Positions 44,776-54,668 of a stretch of DNA of 64,000 bases are shown piece after piece. Every line of letters begins with the position of its first letter. Position 1 is the stretch's first letter. The DNA lies in the NCBI GenBank assembly GCA_965248495.1, contig CBDFJL010000003.1:1608301-1672300 (forward strand), given 5' to 3'. This DNA comes from Dehalococcoidia bacterium. GTDB lineage: Bacteria; Chloroflexota; Dehalococcoidia; Lucifugimonadales; Australimonadaceae. The position numbers were made by a program, and so were the translations under genes. Under the pieces are notes generated by a model. That model ran no database searches. It had not been told where the DNA came from and saw nothing but the letters and a program-made list of their open reading frames with translations.

Positions 44776-45486
44776 ATGGGACAACCTAGCATTGGCTTGG
44801 TCCGCGCCACCGGCTTGACGCTCGTGGCCCTCGCAGTGGCGGTCGGTGTCGCGCTGGTCGGCATCTCGACGGTGACGACGGACGTACCGTTCGGACAGCT
44901 CCTCGTGGAGATCGCGCAGGACACCGGCTACACCGTCGGAATGGCCGCCGCAATCGCCGCGGGCGCGATGATCGCCATCGCCGGCGGCCTGCTCTACTCG
45001 GTGCTCCGGTGGTGGGACCCAGCGCTGGCCATGGTCGGCGCCATCGGGTTCGCCCTCGCGGGCCTGGTGCTCGCGGGTGTCGGGACTGCGGGCCTGGCTC
45101 TCGGCGACTCCGCCGCGGCCATGCTCTTGGTGACGAGCCCACAGGAGGCCGCGGCCCTGGCTACCAGCGCCGTGCCACTGGCACAGCTGATCGACAAGGG
45201 GTGGTACGTGGGCGCCACGACCTTCCTGCCGATGGGGCTTGGCGCGTTCGGCCTGGTGGTCGCGCGCTCGGGGATGATGCCCCGCGCGTTGGGCGCCGTG
45301 GCCATTGCCATCGCGGCGCTGCTGCCCTTCGCATGGGCAAATGATAGCGTCGCTACCGCGGGCGCCGGTGCGACCATTGCGTGGTTGGTGGCGATCGGCT
45401 CGTGGGTGATAGTCCAGGGCGTTCGGCAGTCGCCCATGGTGACCGTCGCGGCGCCGGACTTCGAGCAGGCACTCACCGCCAACTAG
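44776..45486 (+). CDS. integral membrane protein (possibly DUF4386-like)
   Basis: About 236 aa with multiple Ala/Gly-rich TM helices. ATG 44776 is preceded by GGGGGA. TTG 44755 is an alternative start. Confidence 0.5.
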   Translation: MGQPSIGLVRATGLTLVALAVAVGVALVGISTVTTDVPFGQLLVEIAQDTGYTVGMAAAIAAGAMIAIAGGLLYSVLRWWDPALAMVGAIGFALAGLVLAGVGTAGLALGDSAAAMLLVTSPQEAAALATSAVPLAQLIDKGWYVGATTFLPMGLGAFGLVVARSGMMPRALGAVAIAIAALLPFAWANDSVATAGAGATIAWLVAIGSWVIVQGVRQSPMVTVAAPDFEQALTAN

Positions 45487-45513
45487 AGTTGGCGGCTGAC
45501 TCAGGCGCTCTTC

Positions 45514-45549
45514 GATGGGGGCGGACCGCTGTGGCGGCCCGCCCCCATC
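45514..45549 (+). terminator. GC-rich hairpin after the membrane-protein gene (terminator-like, no U-tract)
   Basis: gatgggggcgg / ccgcccccatc (11 bp) plus inner ccgc/gcgg around tetraloop tgtg, with one A-C mismatch. Confidence 0.4.
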
Positions 45550-45768
45550 GCGTTCGTGGCCACGGCGGGCCATCGCGCGTCTGTCGCCCGAACCGCTCGG
45601 TCCCTCAGGACAGGCTCCGCGAAGGCCCGCTGGGTATCCGCACCAACCCGGCATCGCCTTCGGTGGACGCCTTCCGAGACCGATGGTAGAAAGAGACCAA
45701 ACCCCTGCCGCACTGGCGTCGTATCACTTAGTGATGGGCGTCGGAGGCGTGCTTGAGAAGACATCAGG

Positions 45769-46353
45769 TTGAACGAAGGCCTGCCAGAGCCGCCGGATTC
45801 CGTGCTCGTAGCTCGCGTCGTCCAGGGCGACAGTGCGTCGATGGACGAGCTGTACAGCCGCTACCGGCAGGCGGTGTTCAGCATGTGCTACGGCATCCTG
45901 CGCGATTACGGCTCGGCAGAGGACATCACGCAAGAGGTCTTCCTCTCGCTGTGGACCCGGGCCGCGTCCTTTGATCCTGAACGAGGGGTATTCCGCCACT
46001 GGTTCCTGCACCTCGCCCACAACCGCATTATCGATGAGTTGCGCAGGCGCCGTCGCCATGCCCAGCACGCTTCGGACCGCGAGCCGGAGGACGTGGCGCT
46101 GGGGCTGGTGGCGCCTGGCGATACGGCCGACATGGCGATCAGCGCCGTGATGTTCGGCGACGTGAAAGAGGTGCTGTTGATGCTCCCTGAGGAGCAGCGA
46201 GTGGCCGTGGTCATGGCCTACCTGCACGGCGCCACCCAACAGGAGATCGCGGACCGCACGGAGGTCCCATTGGGCACGGTGAAGACGAGGATCCGGCTCG
46301 GGCTCATCAAGCTGCGGCAATCGCTGCGGCAACCCATGGGCGAGGAGGCGTAA
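45769..46353 (+). CDS. ECF-type RNA polymerase sigma-70 family factor
   Basis: Region 2 reads YSRYRQAVFSMCYGILRDYGSAEDITQEVFLSLW. Region 4 reads QQEIADRTEVPLGTVKTRIRLGLIKLRQ. TTG start. Confidence 0.85.
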   Translation: MNEGLPEPPDSVLVARVVQGDSASMDELYSRYRQAVFSMCYGILRDYGSAEDITQEVFLSLWTRAASFDPERGVFRHWFLHLAHNRIIDELRRRRRHAQHASDREPEDVALGLVAPGDTADMAISAVMFGDVKEVLLMLPEEQRVAVVMAYLHGATQQEIADRTEVPLGTVKTRIRLGLIKLRQSLRQPMGEEA

Positions 46354-47178
46354 GTGGAGCGCGAGCCCAGCGACCCCATCGAGGCGCTGCTGCCCGGCTA
46401 CGCGCTGAATGCGCTTGACCCGGACGATCGCCTGCGCGTAGAGCGCGCGCTGGAGCGCGAGCCCCGCTATCAGGAGGTGCTTCGCGACTACCTGGAGGGC
46501 GCTGCCGCGCTGGCGCGGGGCTTCGAGTCCGTCGTGCCCTCCGCGTCGGTGAGGGCACGACCCGCGCCCCGTGATGCGGACACCTCGGGGGCGGACCTCC
46601 CATCGGTGGCCGCAGCCACGCCGGCTCCCCGCCGGGCGTGGGCCCTGCGAACGCTCAGCGGGGTGGCTGCCGTCCTCTTCGTCTCCATCGTTGGCTTCGG
46701 CGTCACGATGTCCATGCAGCAGGGCCGGATCGATGACCTCGAGACCGAAATGGCGGAAACGGAGCAGAGCGTGGAGGATCAGCGCACGTTGGCCTACTTC
46801 AGCACACTGCCCAACGTCGAGACAACGGTCATGAAGCCCGTGGCGACCCCGGTCTCCCTCGCTTCCGCAACGACCGTCGGGCCCCGCGCGATGCTCATGA
46901 TTGACCCTGACTCGAATGCCGCGCTACTGGTTGCGTTGAACCTAGACCCGCTTGGGCCCCAACAGGTCTACCGGACCTGGCTCTGGGACCGTGAGGGCCG
47001 TGCCACCCACCTGGCCTCCTTCGATGTCGACGCGTCCGGGTTCGCGCAGCTCTACATGCACGCGTCCGACGCCATGGAGGCGGGGCGTGGCATCAGCGTG
47101 GGGTCTGCGACGCTGAACGCAGGCACGGTGGCGGACGACAGGACCATCCTGGTGGGCCGCATCGACCAGGCTCAGTAG
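46354..47178 (+). CDS. anti-sigma factor (single-pass, RskA-like C-terminal domain)
   Basis: The GTG start is directly adjacent to the sigma stop. It has an N-terminal anti-sigma helix region, one TM segment (VAAVLFVSIVGFGV), and the extracytoplasmic segment YRTWLWDREGRATHLASFDV. Confidence 0.7.
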   Translation: MEREPSDPIEALLPGYALNALDPDDRLRVERALEREPRYQEVLRDYLEGAAALARGFESVVPSASVRARPAPRDADTSGADLPSVAAATPAPRRAWALRTLSGVAAVLFVSIVGFGVTMSMQQGRIDDLETEMAETEQSVEDQRTLAYFSTLPNVETTVMKPVATPVSLASATTVGPRAMLMIDPDSNAALLVALNLDPLGPQQVYRTWLWDREGRATHLASFDVDASGFAQLYMHASDAMEAGRGISVGSATLNAGTVADDRTILVGRIDQAQ

Positions 47179-47229
47179 CCCGCTCGGGCTGGGCCAATCC
47201 ACCTTCTCACTTCACGCGTAGAACAAGGC

Positions 47230-47393
47230 AGAGGCACCGCTCTCAGAATCTCCTGATAGCCCCCTGCTTGGGAGTGATCGAGAGCACCGGCCCTCTCGTT
47301 GCGGTGTTCGGGTGGAGCCGGCTTGCCAAGGGCCGGGCGCCTCTCTCCGAAGGGTTGGGCCTATCCGCAACGGGAGGGCCACCTTGTGCCTCT
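47230..47393. other. block of nested inverted repeats in a convergent intergenic region (structured RNA or terminator complex candidate)
   Basis: P1 pairs 47230-47237 with 47386-47393 (8 bp). P2 pairs 47239-47244 with 47280-47285 (6 bp) plus inner 47250-47253 / 47271-47274. P3 pairs 47289-47304 with 47365-47380 (16 bp, one G-U) and has an inner 47318-47322 / 47332-47336 stem. Confidence 0.3.
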
Positions 47394-47423
47394 CACTCCG
47401 CCGGTAGGCGCCTCCGCTTGAGG

Positions 47424-47789
47424 CTACGGGCTGGTCAGCAACTCCAGCGAGTGCCCGTTCGGGTCCGCGAAATAGACGCCGCGCCCCCCGCGCCGGTGAT
47501 TGATCTCGCCGTCGTCCTGGGCGAAGGGCTGTGAGCCGAACGTCGTGCCGGACTCCCGGATGCGCTCGAAGATCTGGTCGAACTCCTGCTCGCTGACCTG
47601 GAAGGCGTAGTGGTGGTGCTCGAAGTCCTCGCGATTGTCGAAGTCCATGCTGAAGTTGTCGTCGACCCGAACCGGAGCGAAGTGCCCCATTGGCCCTTCG
47701 TAGGTGAGGCCCATGACGTCGGCGAAGAACCTGGCGGATGCCTCTTTGTCTTTGGCGGGGACGATGGTGTGGTTGAGGTGGATTGCCAT
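47424..47789 (-). CDS. VOC-family (glyoxalase/bleomycin-resistance/dioxygenase fold) protein
   Basis: 121 aa. Contains LNHTIVPAKDKEASARFFADVMGL and HHYAFQVSEQEFD. Confidence 0.8.
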   Translation of the reverse strand: MAIHLNHTIVPAKDKEASARFFADVMGLTYEGPMGHFAPVRVDDNFSMDFDNREDFEHHHYAFQVSEQEFDQIFERIRESGTTFGSQPFAQDDGEINHRRGGRGVYFADPNGHSLELLTSP

Positions 47790-47882
47790 GGCGCATACCT
47801 CGCTTCATCGGGGCGTTTTCAGGCAGGCTAAGGCGCAGGCCCATCGGCGTCAAGCGAGCGTTCGTCCCGGTGTCGCGAGCCG

Positions 47883-49034
47883 CTATGGCGTCGATGACGC
47901 GCCGAGGCGGGCCGGTGAAAAGGGATCGAGGGGGTAGTCGCTTTTGCCGCGGGCAATCAGCTGCGCCAGGTAGCGGCCGGTGACCAGACACGGGAGGATG
48001 CCCTTGCGCCCGTGCCCCGTCGCCAGGTAGAGCGCGCGCCAGCCGGGGACCGCGCCAATGATCGGGAGGCCGTCGCCGGAAATGGGCCGCAGGCACGCGG
48101 TGACGCGCTCGATCGCCAGGCCATCCGTGCGCGGCGCCAACCGCCGGGTCGCCTCGAGGATGCTTGCGGTGGCCTCGTCCGTCGTCTCTGCCGAGAAGCC
48201 GGCTTCCTCCTCGGTGGTCCCAGCGTAGATCGTGCCGTTGGGCTTCGGAAGCACGTATCCGCTGCCGTGGAAGATGGCGTGACGCGGCATCACCGGCGGG
48301 CCTTTGAGGTGCACGATTTGACCGCGCAGAGGGATAACCGGCACCTCCATGCCCATCCACGGCCCAGCCATCTGCGACCAAGGGCCCGCCGCGACCACGA
48401 CCGCCTGTCCCGCGTAACTGGCCGCGCCCGCGATGACTCCCGTCGCGCGATCGCCCTCGCGAAGCAGACCCGTGACCTCGCCTCGAACAATCGAGGCGCC
48501 GTTGCTCTCCGCCGCGCCCGCCAACGCACGGGCGAATGGCGCGGTCTCGACCTGCGCTTCCTTAGTGTGAATGGCGCCGAGGACCCCTGCCGGAAGCCAC
48601 GAGTCGATCGCCGCGACGGCGACGGCGTCTAGCCACTCGGCGGGCATGCCGATGCCGCGCTGGAGGTCGACCTGCGGCTGTAACGCCTCCGCCTCGGCCT
48701 CGTCAAACGCCGGACGCAGGACCGTCGTATCGGCCAGGTCGTAGTCGATCCCGGACTCCTCCAGCAGCGCGGGGGCCATGCTGCGGTGCAGGCGCAGCCC
48801 CTCGGCGCAGAACTCGGCGAAGGGGTCGGCGCCAGCCATCGCGGGGTCGAGCTGCGAGCGGCCTGCGGGGCTTAGCTCCCCCGCGGCCGTGCCCGAGGCG
48901 TTGGTGGCGACGCCGTCGCGCTCCACGATGATGACGCGGGCGTGGTGGTCCGCACCGAGGAAGAAGGCGACGGCGGTCCCAATGACTCCACCGCCGACGA
49001 TGATGACATCGGCTGAGCGCGCATCCGACGTCAT
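47883..49034 (-). CDS. FAD-dependent oxidoreductase (DAO family: glycine/D-amino-acid/sarcosine oxidase-like)
   Basis: The dinucleotide fold DVIIVGGGVIGTAVAFFL begins after ATG 49034, which makes an ATGA overlap with the upstream gene. The track ORF to 49556 is an extension. Confidence 0.85.
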   Translation of the reverse strand: MTSDARSADVIIVGGGVIGTAVAFFLGADHHARVIIVERDGVATNASGTAAGELSPAGRSQLDPAMAGADPFAEFCAEGLRLHRSMAPALLEESGIDYDLADTTVLRPAFDEAEAEALQPQVDLQRGIGMPAEWLDAVAVAAIDSWLPAGVLGAIHTKEAQVETAPFARALAGAAESNGASIVRGEVTGLLREGDRATGVIAGAASYAGQAVVVAAGPWSQMAGPWMGMEVPVIPLRGQIVHLKGPPVMPRHAIFHGSGYVLPKPNGTIYAGTTEEEAGFSAETTDEATASILEATRRLAPRTDGLAIERVTACLRPISGDGLPIIGAVPGWRALYLATGHGRKGILPCLVTGRYLAQLIARGKSDYPLDPFSPARLGASSTP

Positions 49035-49549
49035 CCGGATAGGCGCTCGCCCTGGTATTGGCCGGCGTAGGGCATGGCCGTGGCAGCGTCCAGTGTCAGG
49101 AAGACCAGCTGGAGTATTCGTGCGCCTTGCGCGACGCGGAACCCCGCTTGGTTGTACACGACCATGAGCGCCTGGGAGCGTCCCTGGTACCCGGCGTCCC
49201 ATACGGCGTTGTGCACCGCGACGCCGCTGCGCAGCAGACTGGAACGCGGCTTGCCGAGCGCCATGACGTGTTCGGGCAAGCGGACCGCCTCGCTCAGCGT
49301 CACTAGGTAGGGGCCAGGTGGCAGGTCGACGTAGCCTTCCCCATCGAAGGTCAGCACGCTGGTGTCGGGCAGCCGGCGCTCGACGTTGGAGCGTCCGATG
49401 CGCCCGCCGGAGCCGTAGGTCGCGACGGTGTCGAGTGTCATGTCGAAGCCGTTCGCCTGCAGCTGGGCGTCGAGATCGGAGTAGCCGGACACGAGGGGTT
49501 CGGGGGACTCGATGAGCGCCTTGATTTGCTGATGGGAGAGGACGCTCAA
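49031..49549 (-). CDS. dCTP deaminase/dUTPase-superfamily protein
   Basis: 172 aa with a TTG start. The N-terminus SVLSHQQIKALIE and the segment GVAVHNAVWDAGYQG...ARILQLVF are typical of the Dcd-like fold. Confidence 0.7.
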   Translation of the reverse strand: MSVLSHQQIKALIESPEPLVSGYSDLDAQLQANGFDMTLDTVATYGSGGRIGRSNVERRLPDTSVLTFDGEGYVDLPPGPYLVTLSEAVRLPEHVMALGKPRSSLLRSGVAVHNAVWDAGYQGRSQALMVVYNQAGFRVAQGARILQLVFLTLDAATAMPYAGQYQGERLSG

Positions 49550-49769
49550 AAGGCACCGCCGGAGGGAATCGTCGGCATGGTAGAGGAGGAGGTGGAGGGT
49601 GTCAAAACGTGACGAGGGCCGGTATGGTTGTGGTTCGCCCAGCCTCCTACAGGGGGCGTCCAGTTTGCTGGTTTTCCATTTGCGATATCCGTCGCCAGGC
49701 GACCTGCTTGGGCTGGATGCTTACGGATTACGCCTATGAGAGAGCAGTCCAAAGTCCCATGGATTTCGC

Positions 49770-49799
49770 TTGACTCCGGTTCCGTTCAACTCCTAGCAT
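49770..49799 (+). promoter_or_regulatory. candidate sigma-70 promoter of the DUF5679 minigene
   Basis: TTGACT (49770-49775), 18-nt spacer, TAGCAT (49794-49799). GGAGGAG follows at 49832-49838 and the ATG at 49847. Confidence 0.45.
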
Positions 49800-49846
49800 C
49801 ACCGTTGGCGCCAAACCCCCAACCCCACTTCGGAGGAGCGTTCCCA

Positions 49847-49990
49847 ATGATCGGTTACTGCATGAAATGCCGCGGCGAAGTCGAGATGCAAGAGACGAAG
49901 ACGGTCATGATGAAGAACGGACGCCCAGCGACCGAGGGGCGGTGCCCAGCCTGCAGCACCAGGATGTATCGACTGGGGAAAGAGCGCTAG
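49847..49990 (+). CDS. DUF5679-type small zinc-ribbon protein
   Basis: 47 aa: MIGYCMKCRGEVEMQETKTVMMKNGRPATEGRCPACSTRMYRLGKER. It has two CxxC pairs and the conserved MKNGRPA core. The RBS is strong and a terminator follows. Confidence 0.7.
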   Translation: MIGYCMKCRGEVEMQETKTVMMKNGRPATEGRCPACSTRMYRLGKER

Positions 49991-50012
49991 GCGCCACGGA
50001 ACGATGAGCGAA

Positions 50013-50040
50013 GGGGCCCGCCCGGCGGGCCCCTTTTCGT
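50013..50040 (+). terminator. intrinsic terminator
   Basis: ggggcccgc / gcgggcccc 9-bp stem with loop ccg, followed by ttttcgtt. Confidence 0.85.
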
Positions 50041-50157
50041 TGCTCGGGCGAGCGACCGGGAAACGCCGCCATTCGGCGGATTCAGGCAAGGTCGCGGCCC
50101 CGCGGACGGCTATAATAGCGGGGTCGTCGAAGGTGGCCGAGCACGGGAGGCTTGGGC

Positions 50158-51105
50158 GTGGATATCACCCTACGGGGCGTCGAGATTGGCGGGCTTCAGA
50201 TTCGCTTCTATTCGGTAGCGATCCTGCTGGGGCTGTTCGCCGGTATAGCGCTGGGCCAGTGGCTGGCGAAGCGCTATCGCGAGGACCCAGCGCACGCGGT
50301 GAACATCGCAGTGCTCGGGGCCATCTTCGGCATCATCGGCGCGCGCCTCTACCACGTATTCGACCAGCAGGAGTGGCCGCGCTACCGCGACAACCCTGCC
50401 GAAATCTTCGCGGTGTGGAATGGTGGCATCGGCATCTTCGGAGCCTTTGTCGGCGCAGTCTTCGCGCTCGTCGTCTACACGTACTTCAAGGCCGAGCTCC
50501 GCCGCTACGCATCGGTCCCGTTCAGCGTGCCGGTTTTGGTGCGCCGCCGACCACCGGTGAGCACCATCAACTGGCTGGACATAGCGGCGCCGGCCTTCCT
50601 GCTGGGCCAGGCCATCGGGCGCTGGGGCAACTACTTCAACCAGGAGCTGTTCGGGAAGCCGACGGACCTGCCCTGGGCCGTGACCATCCCGACTGACCAG
50701 GTGGCCAGGGAGGCGCCCGAGTTCCTCGGTTTCAACACGTTCCACCCGCTGTTCGCCTACGAGTCGCTGCTGAACTTCCTGGGCGTCGCGATAATCGTGT
50801 TCGTGATCTTCCGGCTGGGTCCGCGGCTGCGCCCGGGGGACTCGCTGTCCATGTACATGATGTGGTACCCGGTCGTCCGCTTTTCGCTGGAGTTCCTGCG
50901 CACGGACCCGTGGGAGCAGGGGGGAATCCCCATGGCCCAGATCGTGTCCGTGGCCATGTTCGCGTTTGGCGCCGGCTCATTTGCCTACCGCCACCTGCGT
51001 GCGGCCCCGGAGCCCAAGGCGGCGCTGCCGGGCGACGGAGCCCCACGCTCTCGGTCGGCCGAGCGCCGCCGCCGTCGGCGGACACCGCAGGATAACGGTG
51101 CCTGA
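50158..51105 (+). CDS. lgt: prolipoprotein diacylglyceryl transferase
   Basis: GARLYHV, WNGGIGIFGA and GQAIGRWGNYFNQELFGKPTDLPWAV. GTG 50158 lies 7 nt after GGGAGG. TTG 50152 is an alternative start. A TATAAT hexamer sits at 50111-50116. Confidence 0.85.
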   Translation: MDITLRGVEIGGLQIRFYSVAILLGLFAGIALGQWLAKRYREDPAHAVNIAVLGAIFGIIGARLYHVFDQQEWPRYRDNPAEIFAVWNGGIGIFGAFVGAVFALVVYTYFKAELRRYASVPFSVPVLVRRRPPVSTINWLDIAAPAFLLGQAIGRWGNYFNQELFGKPTDLPWAVTIPTDQVAREAPEFLGFNTFHPLFAYESLLNFLGVAIIVFVIFRLGPRLRPGDSLSMYMMWYPVVRFSLEFLRTDPWEQGGIPMAQIVSVAMFAFGAGSFAYRHLRAAPEPKAALPGDGAPRSRSAERRRRRRTPQDNGA

Positions 51106-52033
51106 CCCGGCGCGAGTGCTGGTGACCGGAGGCGCTGGGCTCATCGGGTCCCACTTGGTCGATGCGCTCGTGGAGCGTGGGTACGAGACTGCCGTCCTCG
51201 ACTCACTGGCCAGCGGCAGCGAAGCTAACCTCAATAGCAAAGCGACCTCGTATCGCGTCGACATTCGAGATGCGGCAGGCGTTGACCAGGCCTTCGCCGA
51301 GTTTCGCCCCGAGGCGGTGAGCCACCACGCGGCGCAGGTCAGCGTTTCCGCCTCGGCACGCGACCCCAAAGCCGACGCTGACGTCAACATCGGCGGGTCG
51401 CTGACCATCCTCGATGCATGCCTGCGCCACGGGGTCCGGCACCTCACCTTCGCATCCACGGGAGGTGCCCTCTACGGCGAGCCGGACGCTGTCCCGTGCG
51501 ACGAGGCCACCCCGATTCGCCCGCTGTCACCCTATGGCGCTGCGAAGGCCGCCGTCGAGGGCTACCTGTGGGTCTACCGGCAGACCTGGGGCTTGCCCTG
51601 TGTCGCGCTCAGGTACGCCAACGTCTACGGGCCGCGCCAGTCGTCCGATGGCGAGGCCGGGGTCGTCGCCATCTTCGCCGCGCGCATGCTTCGGGGTGAG
51701 GCGCCGGTGGTCTTTGGCACCGGCGAGGCCCTGCGCGACTACGTCTACGTTGGCGACGTGGTCGCGGCGAACCTGTCTGCGGTCGAGCGGGGTTTCGTCG
51801 GCGCCTACAACGTGGGCACCGGCGTGACCACCTCGGTCAACGAGATCGCCGCGCTGGTCGCGGATGCCACGGGGTACGGGGGGCCCATCGAGCACGCGCC
51901 CGCAAGGCCCGGCGACGTGGAGCGCATCGCGTTGGACGCCTCAGCGTTTGGCCGGGAGGCCGGTTGGCGGCCGCTGATGGGGCTGCGCGAGGGCATCGAG
52001 CGCACGGTCGCGCACCTGCGTACCGCGGGCTAG
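51098..52033 (+). CDS. NAD-dependent epimerase/dehydratase (UDP-glucose 4-epimerase-like SDR)
   Basis: VLVTGGAGLIGSH Rossmann motif and YGAAK catalytic motif. The start is GTG 51098 or 51116, and it overlaps the end of lgt. Confidence 0.85.
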   Translation: MPDPARVLVTGGAGLIGSHLVDALVERGYETAVLDSLASGSEANLNSKATSYRVDIRDAAGVDQAFAEFRPEAVSHHAAQVSVSASARDPKADADVNIGGSLTILDACLRHGVRHLTFASTGGALYGEPDAVPCDEATPIRPLSPYGAAKAAVEGYLWVYRQTWGLPCVALRYANVYGPRQSSDGEAGVVAIFAARMLRGEAPVVFGTGEALRDYVYVGDVVAANLSAVERGFVGAYNVGTGVTTSVNEIAALVADATGYGGPIEHAPARPGDVERIALDASAFGREAGWRPLMGLREGIERTVAHLRTAG

Positions 52034-52036
52034 GGC

Positions 52037-53881
<1,845 letters not shown>

Positions 53882-53926
53882 TGCGCCGAACAGCGTAGCA
53901 GGCGCTCAGCGGCGGGGGAAAGCTGG

Positions 53927-54664
53927 CTAGTCCTCCTCGGGCAGAAGGCTTGCGGCGGCCTCATCGACAATCCACGTGACGTCGCCGTCGCCCGCGCGCA
54001 CGAGCGAAGCGGGCACGACCGTCGTCTCGGGTTCGGGATGCAACACCTGGCGGAGGGCGCGGGCCTTGTTCTCGCCCACGACGAAGAACAGGGCCCGCCG
54101 GGCATCGTTGATCAAAGTGATCGTGGCGGTGATGCGCACGGTGCCTGAGGAGAGATGGTTGGCCGCGAAGAGCGCGTTTCGCTCGCCGATGGCCGGCGAG
54201 CCGGGGAACAATGAGGCCGTGTGTCCGTCCTCCCCGAGCCCAAGCAGAATCAGGTCCATTCGGGGCTCGGCCCCTTGCGCAAAGAGCGCTCTGAGCGCCC
54301 GTTCCGCGAGCCCGGCCGATTCCTCCGGTGTCACCCCTTCGGTGACGATGGGCCAGACGTTGGCCGCGGGCACGGCGACGTGGGCCAGGAGCTCCTCATG
54401 GGCGAGGCGCCCGTTGCTGCCGGGGTCGGTGGGAGGCACCCAGCGCTCGTCGCCCCAGAAGACGTGGGTACGCTCCCATGGCATCCGCTCCAGGTAGGGA
54501 GGCCGAGCGAGTGTCCGGTAGAGCAGGGTAGGGGTCGAGCCGCCGGAGAGGGCTACGACGAAGCGGCCGCTCTTCTCGACGCTCTGAATCGCCGCGCCCA
54601 GAACGGCGTCGGCGGCCGCACTCGCCGCCGCCTGTGCTGTCGGCAGGACCAAGATGTCGGGCAT
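53927..54664 (-). CDS. pgl: 6-phosphogluconolactonase
   Basis: RFVVALSGGSTP, HVFWGDERWVP and LGLGEDGHTASLFPG. The start is ATG 54664. Confidence 0.85.
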   Translation of the reverse strand: MPDILVLPTAQAAASAAADAVLGAAIQSVEKSGRFVVALSGGSTPTLLYRTLARPPYLERMPWERTHVFWGDERWVPPTDPGSNGRLAHEELLAHVAVPAANVWPIVTEGVTPEESAGLAERALRALFAQGAEPRMDLILLGLGEDGHTASLFPGSPAIGERNALFAANHLSSGTVRITATITLINDARRALFFVVGENKARALRQVLHPEPETTVVPASLVRAGDGDVTWIVDEAAASLLPEED

Positions 54665-54668
54665 GGCG

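Noticed and set aside
47230-47393. Assigning the structured intergenic block to a known RNA class (TPP riboswitch, SRP RNA, 6S RNA)
   Set aside because: It contains CUGAGAG on the minus strand, but none of the other conserved boxes I remember. It also lies downstream of both flanking genes rather than in a 5' leader. It is kept only as an unclassified candidate.
49546-49752. 68-aa ORF upstream of and overlapping the dCTP-deaminase-like start
   Set aside because: GC3 is only about 55% by eye versus much higher in neighbouring genes. There is no RBS and the Ser/Thr/Pro tail is low-complexity. It is more likely the untranslated leader/promoter region.
50081-50116. Full promoter for lgt based on the perfect TATAAT at 50111-50116
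   Set aside because: No acceptable -35 hexamer lies at 16-19 nt spacing (TTCAGG is 24 nt away), and there is no extended -10 TG. It is mentioned only in the lgt evidence.
53882-53926. glmS ribozyme upstream of glmS
   Set aside because: Only 45 nt separate the glmS start from the pgl stop, which is far too short for the ribozyme (well over 100 nt). No matching core sequence was seen.
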